A DNA stretch of 16,801 nt from a virus: positions 1 to 16,801 of IMG/VR virus record IMGVR_UViG_3300006914_000163; one strand, written 5' to 3'. Both the position numbers and the translations under genes were made by a program. Of this stretch, positions 1 to 6,743 are shown in pieces. How positions within the stretch are numbered: position 1 is the first letter of the stretch; the number at the start of each line of letters is the position of its first letter. The notes under the pieces are model-generated. The model saw only the letters and a program-made list of their open reading frames with translations. It had not been told where the DNA came from and did no database searches.

Positions 1-205
1 ACAACCCCTCCTCATAGATCAGTCTCGCCCGACCAAGACGGGCTTCATCAGTGCGAGACCTCAGCTCAGAGAGGAGCTGTTGGGTAGTCTGGATCTTGGC
101 ATGCGACTCAGAGGCAGCCTGGGCCACAGCCGGGTCGATGCGGGCTTCGGGGTCGGGCGGCTTCCGTCCGAACATCCCACGAAGGATACGCTCAAGCAGG
201 CTCAT
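1..205 (-). CDS. Hypothetical coiled-coil protein, 5' part only (runs off the left edge)
   Basis: The ATG at 205-203 overlaps the TGA (204-202) of the upstream ORF (ATGA coupling). The frame stays open to position 2: MSLLERILRGMFGRKPPDPEARIDPAVAQAASESHAKIQTTQQLLSELRSRTDEARLGRARLIYEEGL... It is absent from the ORF track because it is truncated. No function recognised. Confidence 0.45.
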   Translation of the reverse strand, partial: MSLLERILRGMFGRKPPDPEARIDPAVAQAASESHAKIQTTQQLLSELRSRTDEARLGRARLIYEEGL

Positions 206-459
206 CCGCCATCCCTCTTCGCGCCCCCGCTTCCATTCTGGAGGAGCTTCAAGATCTCCCCAAGGTCCTTATTGACGTCGGTGAGGGCTTTCCGCAGGGC
301 GAGGTTGGCATCCGACAGGATGGCCTTGTCTGCGCGGAGACCTTCAACCTCGCTGTGCGTATGAAGGCTGGGAGGATTACTGACGAGGAGGCGGATGACC
401 CAGAGTGCCACTCCCGCGGCACCCAGAACCGTGACCGCCTGGACGAGTGACGGATCCAT
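202..459 (-). CDS. Small membrane-anchored coiled-coil protein (85 aa), lysis-cassette associated (spanin-like or holin accessory?)
   Basis: The ATG at 459 has an AGGAGG 5 nt upstream. An N-terminal hydrophobic segment (AVTVLGAAGVALWVIRLLV) is followed by a heptad-like helix (EVEGLRADKAILSDANLALRKALTDVNKDLGEILKLL). It lies downstream of the holin-like genes. The function is inferred from topology only. Confidence 0.5.
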   Translation of the reverse strand: MDPSLVQAVTVLGAAGVALWVIRLLVSNPPSLHTHSEVEGLRADKAILSDANLALRKALTDVNKDLGEILKLLQNGSGGAKRDGG

Positions 460-460
460 C

Positions 461-652
461 CTACCTCCTCGTGGCGGTCAGTCGACTACCGCAATGCGGA
501 CAGGGTACGGCCTTGACCCCTGGGATCTTGAGCAGGCAGAAACGACTCTGCTCGAACACAGCAAACCAAGTCCCCGGCTTGAGGCCCGGGACCAGCCATC
601 GTGTCGCGCAACTCAGGCACCGCAGGGGCAGGCCGTAACTCTGCCCTGCCAA
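461..652 (-). CDS. Possible 63-aa Cys4 (CxxC...CxxC) zinc-ribbon-like mini-protein
   Basis: The ORF exactly fills the 195-nt gap between the holin stop (655) and the next start (459). It contains RCLSC (CxxC) and PCPHC (CxxC) about 30 residues apart, and G/C-ending codons are roughly 3 in 4. Two weaknesses: it starts on TTG, and the only SD-like GAGG abuts the start with no spacer. Confidence 0.3.
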   Translation of the reverse strand: MAGQSYGLPLRCLSCATRWLVPGLKPGTWFAVFEQSRFCLLKIPGVKAVPCPHCGSRLTATRR

Positions 653-654
653 CC

Positions 655-1008
655 TCAGCCCGCTGGGGAATCTGGAGCCAGGTGACCCTTGATGCTGAGC
701 GCCTCACCTGCGATAAAGGTGATCGCCTGCCCATAGGCCAGGGCGCCGAACGCGCCGAGCTGGGTTCCACCCAGATCGATCTGGACCAGCTTCACGCTCG
801 TATCCAGCGCGTAGAGCAAGGCCACGGTGATGATCGGTAGGCCCTTGGTGGCGACCCACTGACCGAGCCGCGTACCCTCGAAGCTGCCCTTGCGGGCGGC
901 CGCGACGCAAGCGGCGGCGAAGTCGAAGACCGAGAGGACCGCCATCAGCCCGATGAGCTGGATGGCAAGGGGGAGCGCAGCGATGTGCGCCTGGAGGTCT
1001 GCAAACAT
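655..1008 (-). CDS. Holin (117 aa; resembles the toxin-secretion/phage-lysis holin family, Phage_holin_4_1-like)
   Basis: I use the internal ATG at 1008-1006, which is preceded by AGGAGAAACC and lies just after the upstream stop (1017-1019). The track's longer 655..1113 ORF would overlap the previous gene. The protein has multiple TMDs, and the block MAVLSVFDFAAACVAAARKGSFEGTRLGQWVATKGLPIITVALLYALD fits the remembered family pattern D-(Y/F)-x-x-(G/A)...S...G...K...lD. Confidence 0.6.
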   Translation of the reverse strand: MFADLQAHIAALPLAIQLIGLMAVLSVFDFAAACVAAARKGSFEGTRLGQWVATKGLPIITVALLYALDTSVKLVQIDLGGTQLGAFGALAYGQAITFIAGEALSIKGHLAPDSPAG

Positions 1009-1016
1009 GGTTTCTC

Positions 1017-1271
1017 CTACTGCTTCTCGTTGGGCGTTGCGCTGAGTCCTTTGTCGAAGGCCGTCTGCTGCTGATGCTGCACCCGGCTCGCGATCTGGTC
1101 GCCGAACACCCACGCGATCGCTCCGCCAGAGGTGGCGGTGAGCCAGAGCTTCACGCTGTCGCTCAGCTCGAACGGATAGATCACCAGCGCGTAGTAGGTG
1201 CCGACGATGAGGAAGGTGGCGATGCTGTACGTGAAGAAGACCTTGATGGCGGCCACCAGGTCGGTTTTCAT
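1017..1271 (-). CDS. Small two-TMD membrane protein (84 aa), class II holin/antiholin-like
   Basis: The ATG at 1271 has GGAGGGAG 6 nt upstream. There are two hydrophobic helices (AAIKVFFTYSIATFLIVGTYYALVIY and LWLTATSGGAIAWVFG) and a polar C-terminal tail. It is the first gene after the tail genes. Confidence 0.55.
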   Translation of the reverse strand: MKTDLVAAIKVFFTYSIATFLIVGTYYALVIYPFELSDSVKLWLTATSGGAIAWVFGDQIASRVQHQQQTAFDKGLSATPNEKQ

Positions 1272-1294
1272 GGGCGACTCCCTCCGGAAATGGG

Positions 1295-1326
1295 CAGCAC
1301 GTCGACCACGGGATCCCCGCGTGCTG
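1295..1326 (-). promoter_or_regulatory. Inverted repeat in the 72-nt tail/lysis intergenic spacer (possible hairpin)
   Basis: CAGCACG (1295-1301) is the reverse complement of CGTGCTG (1320-1326). The 18-nt loop contains the palindromes GGGATCCC and GTCGAC. This is one of only two gaps longer than 70 nt in the operon that contain no predicted ORF. No clear U-tract or -10/-35 elements were identified. Confidence 0.2.
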
Positions 1327-1343
1327 AGGTAAGGGTGGGGTGG

Positions 1344-3149
1344 CTAAGTCGTGCGGCAGACGATCCAGAGCCAGTCCGCGCCGTCAGGCGGATTGGTCAT
1401 CTCGATCACGCCGTTGATCGGATCGCTCTCGGTGTAGTCGACTCCGCGCCGTAGGCGCGAGCCGGTCAGGTAGACCTCGGTCGTGCCACCGATGTAGCCG
1501 CGGCCGTCTGGCAAGTGGAAGGTGGTTGTCGTGCTGTCGGTGGGCGGCTCAGGCTCGACCGCCAGCACCGATCCATACGGCGCAGGGTTTGTCCCGTCGA
1601 CCGCTGAAACGACCTGATTGGCCTTGCCCAGCTTGGTCGCCCGCAACAGGTAGCGCCAGAGCGTGAACGGGTCGCTGAGCTGAAGGCCGAAAGTGCCGTC
1701 GAACTGGACGTAGGATTCCTTGTCGTCGGCCTCGTTTGGACCCTTGGTGGCCGGGAAGGTCACGCTCAGGCTCCGCATCGGCAGGATGTGCTCGAGCGGG
1801 ATGTCATCGACCGCGAAGGTCTGGAGCTCGATGTGGACGAGCTGGCCCGCACGAAGGTGATCGCGCACTCCCGACAGGAATGGGACGTCATGGGCAAACC
1901 AGGTCAGTGACACGTTCCACTGCTCGAACGCCAGCCCCGGATTGAAGCCTCCGCCGACCGTTGCGCCGCCATCGACGATGACCTTGGCTCGAGCAGCGAC
2001 ACCCTTCGAGGTCTTGAAGCCCTCCTCGCCGATGTGGACCTCGCCGGTCTGCCAGCGGCCATGGTCATCCTGCGATGGAGTGTTCTGGCGCCTGGCGAAG
2101 ACCGTTCCGCCAGCGGCTCCGGCCCACTCGCTGCCGCCCCACACCAGAGCATCGTTGATGATGACCTCGCCGTCCTGGACGGCGTCCAACTCTCGCGGTC
2201 CGTAGGTCGCTCCTTGGTACGCCACCGGGCTGGCTGTGATCGGGTCCTTGTTCGGGCGATCGCTGAAGCCCCACCTGGCCTCGAGGCTCTCGAGCGCATG
2301 GTGATGCAGCACCTTGTTCGCAGCCAGGTAATACCCCGCGCCGGAGAACTGGGTGAAGTCCTCCATGAGCTGTCGCCACAGCGACCCCTGCTGCGGCCAC
2401 GCCCCCGGCGACTTGTGCAGGAGAAACGAGTTATCGCCGTGGGCAATCGCACTCGACCCACCTTGTGCACGCACGATGTCGAAAACTAGACCCGTGCGTC
2501 CCGTGATCGAGACTATCTCCCGGTTAGCGAACGTGGTTGGGTCATCCTTGATGATCGCCTGGAAAGGGAAGGTCGCGGGCAGGTTATCGACGTCGTCGAC
2601 CGTGACGGTCGTTGCCCCCGACGAGATCGCCCCATTGGTCCGCGAGTTGTATGTCCGGTAGGCGTCGGTGTTTTCGACCTGCGAATCGGTGTCGAATCCA
2701 GCAGGGACATCGATGTAGCGGCTGCCAGCCAGGGCTTCGCGGATCAAATCGCCGTCGAAGTCCTCGGAGGTGAAGTTCGGGAGCTGGTGCAGGTAGTCCG
2801 CAGGGTTCCGGATGACCCGCTTGTCGAACAGGATGTTGTAGTCGACTCCGGTCAGCACCCACAGCCGAGATTTCACCGCGGCGGGGTTGCTCGTGTCGAC
2901 AGCAGGGAAGGCGTACTTGCGGCGAATGTTGGTGACAAAGCCGCCGAACATCGGCACACCATCGATGTCGAGCTCGATCTCTCCGCCACTGACGAAGGAG
3001 AGGCTCTGGTCCCTGTCGCGCACGGTGATCTCGAAGGATCCCGGAGCCGCGCTCATCTGCGACTCGAACCGCGCCGTCGCGGGCATCACGTGCGCCGTGA
3101 TGTCGGTGCCTCTGTACCGAATGACTACGGTACTCGGGAGTCGGGCCAC
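1344..3149 (-). CDS. Minor tail / tail-tip protein, 601 aa, paralog of the upstream 917-aa protein (hub/Tal-like N-terminal core suspected)
   Basis: The GTG at 3149 has GGGAGGG 6 nt upstream. This start is supported because the alignment with the paralog begins at residue 7 (VVIRYRGTDITAHVM vs VQILYDGIDITACVL). Position after the tape measure gene fits a tip protein. The fold assignment is an unverified inference. Confidence 0.75.
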   Translation of the reverse strand: MARLPSTVVIRYRGTDITAHVMPATARFESQMSAAPGSFEITVRDRDQSLSFVSGGEIELDIDGVPMFGGFVTNIRRKYAFPAVDTSNPAAVKSRLWVLTGVDYNILFDKRVIRNPADYLHQLPNFTSEDFDGDLIREALAGSRYIDVPAGFDTDSQVENTDAYRTYNSRTNGAISSGATTVTVDDVDNLPATFPFQAIIKDDPTTFANREIVSITGRTGLVFDIVRAQGGSSAIAHGDNSFLLHKSPGAWPQQGSLWRQLMEDFTQFSGAGYYLAANKVLHHHALESLEARWGFSDRPNKDPITASPVAYQGATYGPRELDAVQDGEVIINDALVWGGSEWAGAAGGTVFARRQNTPSQDDHGRWQTGEVHIGEEGFKTSKGVAARAKVIVDGGATVGGGFNPGLAFEQWNVSLTWFAHDVPFLSGVRDHLRAGQLVHIELQTFAVDDIPLEHILPMRSLSVTFPATKGPNEADDKESYVQFDGTFGLQLSDPFTLWRYLLRATKLGKANQVVSAVDGTNPAPYGSVLAVEPEPPTDSTTTTFHLPDGRGYIGGTTEVYLTGSRLRRGVDYTESDPINGVIEMTNPPDGADWLWIVCRTT

Positions 3150-3152
3150 AGT

Positions 3153-5906
3153 CTACCCTCCCACCACGGCATCGTAAGCGATCAGGACCGTCTTGCCGGT
3201 CACATCGATCGTGTCCGGGATGATGATGAAATGTCCGTAGTAGGGGTCGCCCTCGTCGTAGTCGACGCCACGTCGCAGCAGAAGGCCATCCAGCCAGACG
3301 CGCGTCGATCCCGGGGAAAACGGCGCCGAGGTGTTGAAGTAACTGTAGGTCGGCGGATAGCCTGGCGGTGCGCTCCGCGGCGATCCGGGTTCCGCGACCG
3401 GACCGATTCCTGGGTCTGATGGCGGCACGGTAAGAGGATCAATGCAGACTGCGAGATCGGGGCTGTAGATGAAGATGTACTCGAAGTCGAGCCTGACGTA
3501 ATCGGTCGGATCGCTCCCCGTTCTGAGACTAGAGTCGGGGCCGATAATGAGGTCTGGAAAGTCCGGACTCCCTACATCGGATGGGCGGTAGGGCCGGTAG
3601 TCAAAGACATCGTCGGTCAGTTGCCAATCGGGCTCCAGGCTTCCCTCTTCCCAGATCTTTGCCCGAGCAACCCCCGTCGACGGGAAGTGTTCCCATTTGA
3701 TGTGCCAAGGGATTCCATAACCGAGAGAGAGACCGTCGGGATTGGTCTCGTATGTAAGGGAGTTCGACTCTTGCATTCCAAACTGTGAGTACGGGCCAGC
3801 GAAGAAGCCGGGATCGAAGCTTAGGCTCAGGGCGACGTTGGCGTCGCCTGCGATGATGTCCAGCGTAACGCGGTCATGCTCACCGGAAAACGTCTTGTGA
3901 TGATTGAGGTGAACGATCGTCTCAAAGGTCCAATCTCCATCCCAGATGGCGGGGATCTCATTGGAGTGGATCTGTGCGAAGGAAAAGTTCGGAACGACGT
4001 TGTCCTTATCGAAGGACATGAACCCAGCGCCATTGCCGAGGAACCCTGAGCCGACCCCGAAGCCGCCCAGCAGGCTCTCCGCCCCCAGGTCGAGCCTGTC
4101 AGATTCATCGCTCTGATTGACGTGCCACTGGTGAAACCCATCACTCGTGATCCCCCACGGGATCACATCGGATGGCCCAAAGAAGTGGAAGAGCTCACCG
4201 GGGAGATGCTCTTCGTCCCAGTTGTAATGGATTGACCTCGGGATCTCGCGGTTGTCGAAGGTATCTACGAACGCCCCCGCGCAGAAGTTGAATGGCGGGA
4301 GCTTGAAGGGCGGGATGTCGATGTTGAAGTCGACGGGGGGCACGTCGAAGTTGAACTTGAACGGATCCATCGAGGCCCATGGATCGTCGATCTCGTGGCT
4401 GAGGACCAGCCTGTACTGGGGGTCGGTCTGAGTGGGGAAGTCGATCTCCATGGAGCGGATCGGCAGCACATCGCTGAAGCCCCACACCCCAGAGGTGAAC
4501 TGAGCCTTCTGCCCCACCCTGAAGCCCTGCTGGAAGGTCACCAGGCGCACCGCGACGGCGTCATCCTTGCCACCGCGCTTGTTCTGCGGGGATCCGTAGA
4601 CGAGGGAGCTCGACGCGCGGTCGACTGTGGCCTGCTTCCACACGGAGGTCATCACATTGGCGACCTGCCAGCGGTTGTGGTCAGCGATCGACGTCGCATC
4701 CTCTGTCCGCTTGAAGACGGGTAGGACCGACCCCTGGCCGAGTCCCCAGACCAGGGCGTCGTTCCGCAGCGCGTCTCCGCCGAACTCGATCTCGACCTCG
4801 CGCGCGCTGACCTCGGAGCTGTCGGCTGGCTGGCTATCGACCAGGCTGAACGGTGCATCTGGCGTGTCGACGTCGGTATGGATAATGACCTTGTCGGGGT
4901 CGATGTAATCGAGCGCCCCGGTGTTGAAGCGCAGGAAGCGAGCGAGCTGACCCCAGGTCCAGCCAGCCGAGCCGCTGATCTCGTCATCCTGCGACGGCGT
5001 GCCCACGTGCTCGATGCCAGCGGTGCTCAAGCCATCGCCGCTCAGGTCGAGGTGGTTCTCCAGGTACGCCTTGATGACGACGTCGTCGTCGGTGTCAGCC
5101 GGGTACGTGGTGAGCTGCATGGTCTCCGGCTTGACCTTGTCGAAGATGATCCGCTTCTGGAACAGGACGTTGAAGTCGACCCCGTCGAGCTGGAAGTAGC
5201 GCTCGACGTCGCCAGGTGCCTTCAGCGACCCGGTGAAGAAGTAGCCGTTCTTGACACGGCCAACGAATCCGGCCCATTCGCGCACGTCGTTGATCCGCAG
5301 CTCGAGACTGCGACCTGCGACGAACCCGAACGCATGGCCCACGTCCTTGACCCGGATCTCGCAGGTGCCGACCGCACCATTCGCTGCGCTCTTGAAGCTG
5401 GTTTGCCCAAACAGCACGCAGGCCGTGATATCGATCCCGTCGTAGAGGATCTGCACCGGCCCGGAATAGGGGCCGCAGGCCGAGATCGTGTCCGCGCCGA
5501 ACTTCGTGACGTGTGCGCTGTCTGATCCAGCAGCAGACTCACTCGGTCCAGGGCTGTCGATCGCGGCGTAGTCTGTCCCGTGGCCGGATTCCGAGGTCTG
5601 GCCCTGGAACCCGCCTATGGCGCTGTCGACACCCGTCCCAGCCTCGGTGACGAGGCCGTCGATCTCCTTCGATGAGTTGTCGGACCCTGTACCGGAGTCG
5701 GAATCGCTGACCGCGACGCCGCCCGAGGCGTCATCTGCACCGGATCCGGAGTCCGAGTCGCTGACTGCGACAGCGAGAGTCGCGTCATCCGTACCAGAGC
5801 CGGAGTCTGAGCCCGATGGAGTGCTGTCGCCCCCCGATGGGACGAGCCCCAGCTCGATGTCGCCGAGCTGGCTGTCGTCAGTGCCGAGCTGCCCCGTGAA
5901 GGCCAT
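3153..5906 (-). CDS. Large tail-tip protein, 917 aa: acidic repeat N-terminus + hub-like core + about 350-aa lectin/jelly-roll-like insertion + conserved C-terminal motif
   Basis: The ATG at 5906 has GGGAGG 7 nt upstream. Residues ~150-515 align with the 601-aa paralog. Residues ~545-815 are rich in aromatic and Gly residues and end in a WHIKWEHFPSTGVARAKIWEEGSLEPDWQ-type strand pattern typical of ConA/LamG-like sandwiches (inference). Confidence 0.8.
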   Translation of the reverse strand: MAFTGQLGTDDSQLGDIELGLVPSGGDSTPSGSDSGSGTDDATLAVAVSDSDSGSGADDASGGVAVSDSDSGTGSDNSSKEIDGLVTEAGTGVDSAIGGFQGQTSESGHGTDYAAIDSPGPSESAAGSDSAHVTKFGADTISACGPYSGPVQILYDGIDITACVLFGQTSFKSAANGAVGTCEIRVKDVGHAFGFVAGRSLELRINDVREWAGFVGRVKNGYFFTGSLKAPGDVERYFQLDGVDFNVLFQKRIIFDKVKPETMQLTTYPADTDDDVVIKAYLENHLDLSGDGLSTAGIEHVGTPSQDDEISGSAGWTWGQLARFLRFNTGALDYIDPDKVIIHTDVDTPDAPFSLVDSQPADSSEVSAREVEIEFGGDALRNDALVWGLGQGSVLPVFKRTEDATSIADHNRWQVANVMTSVWKQATVDRASSSLVYGSPQNKRGGKDDAVAVRLVTFQQGFRVGQKAQFTSGVWGFSDVLPIRSMEIDFPTQTDPQYRLVLSHEIDDPWASMDPFKFNFDVPPVDFNIDIPPFKLPPFNFCAGAFVDTFDNREIPRSIHYNWDEEHLPGELFHFFGPSDVIPWGITSDGFHQWHVNQSDESDRLDLGAESLLGGFGVGSGFLGNGAGFMSFDKDNVVPNFSFAQIHSNEIPAIWDGDWTFETIVHLNHHKTFSGEHDRVTLDIIAGDANVALSLSFDPGFFAGPYSQFGMQESNSLTYETNPDGLSLGYGIPWHIKWEHFPSTGVARAKIWEEGSLEPDWQLTDDVFDYRPYRPSDVGSPDFPDLIIGPDSSLRTGSDPTDYVRLDFEYIFIYSPDLAVCIDPLTVPPSDPGIGPVAEPGSPRSAPPGYPPTYSYFNTSAPFSPGSTRVWLDGLLLRRGVDYDEGDPYYGHFIIIPDTIDVTGKTVLIAYDAVVGG
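5655..5816 (-). repeat. Three degenerate 54-nt (18-aa) tandem repeats encoding Ser/Asp/Gly-rich units
   Basis: The units are SGSDSGSGTDDATLAVAV (5763-5816), SDSDSGSGADDASGGVAV (5709-5762) and SDSDSGTGSDNSSKEIDG (5655-5708). Nucleotide similarity between units is visible by eye, for example agcgactcggactccggatccggt vs agcgattccgactccggtacaggg. Confidence 0.7.
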
Positions 5907-5918
5907 GTTCTAGCCTCC

Positions 5919-6743
5919 CTAGGCTGGCGCTCCGCCCCTCAACGTCCAGAGTTTGATGTTGCGGTAGTGCATGAGCGAGTTGTAGCCACCTAGGCCAAAG
6001 TAGTCAGCAGCACCCGTCCCGCCAACCAACGACGTGGCCTTGAGCACGCCGTCGACATAGATGCTCACCAGAGGGCCGGAGGTGACGGCACGAAGCTTGT
6101 ACCAGGTGTCCAGAGCGATCGTGAAAGCAAAGTCGCGGTAGTCCGTGATCGCAAAGTCCTGATGGAGGATGGCCTGCGTCCCGGAATATCTGAAGAGGAT
6201 GCCCGTGCGGCCAATCTTGATGCCGCTCTGCACGAAGGACCCGGTCCCTTGCCCTGCACTCGGAAGCCGTATCTCCGCTTCCGCGATAACTGGAAAGCCA
6301 AGAGGGATCAGGGTGTTGTACTTAGACTCCTGCCACGCATTCGCGACCGAGGTGTGCCGGATGACCGTGCCGTCGCTGTCCCATGACCCACCGAGCGCCG
6401 TCCAGTTCGAGAAGCTCGCGCCGCTCTCGTTGATGTCTTGTACCCAGGTCGCGCCGCTGGCCCCTTCTGCGATCAACTGGGCCAACGAGGCAGAGGTCAG
6501 AACGTGCGTGACCGCGCTTCCATCCGCGTGTGAGGCCGCCGTTGTGCCTTCGATCCCACGCGTGATGGTAAAGGTGGTCCCACTCTTGGCGGTGACGAGG
6601 ATCAGCTCGTTCTCGATCTTCACCCGGAAGTTGGCCGCTGGCGATCCGGTGGCGCTCGTGACCACCATCGATGTATCGCCTGAGTTCAGCGTGCCGCCGT
6701 TGTTCAGCGTGGTCGCGTAGGTGTTGGCGGTGTTCTCCGTCAT
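5919..6743 (-). CDS. Tail fibre / receptor-binding candidate, 274 aa, with a C-terminal LamG/ConA-like lectin domain
   Basis: I prefer the ATG at 6743-6741, which overlaps the upstream TGA (TGATG coupling). The track's 312-aa version would overlap the preceding gene by 115 nt. The C-terminal half (DTWYKLRAVTSGPLVSIYVDGVLKATS...YRNIKLW) matches the remembered LamG-type pattern. The N-terminus carries a module shared with the 601-aa protein. Confidence 0.65.
   Translation of the reverse strand: MTENTANTYATTLNNGGTLNSGDTSMVVTSATGSPAANFRVKIENELILVTAKSGTTFTITRGIEGTTAASHADGSAVTHVLTSASLAQLIAEGASGATWVQDINESGASFSNWTALGGSWDSDGTVIRHTSVANAWQESKYNTLIPLGFPVIAEAEIRLPSAGQGTGSFVQSGIKIGRTGILFRYSGTQAILHQDFAITDYRDFAFTIALDTWYKLRAVTSGPLVSIYVDGVLKATSLVGGTGAADYFGLGGYNSLMHYRNIKLWTLRGGAPA

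Noticed and set aside
655-1113. Long version (152 aa) of the holin ORF, and the long version (312 aa, 5919-6857) of the LamG ORF
   Set aside because: The 5' extensions overlap the preceding genes by about 100 nt and encode Arg-rich junk. Internal ATGs (1008 and 6743) sit at the upstream stop codons, the first with a strong SD and the second with TGATG coupling.
5919-6743. Diversity-generating retroelement target or variable region in the lectin-like fibre genes
   Set aside because: There is no reverse transcriptase ORF in the window. I could find no template/variable repeat pair with adenine-specific differences. The only DNA repeats seen are the in-frame SD-rich tandem units at 5655-5816.
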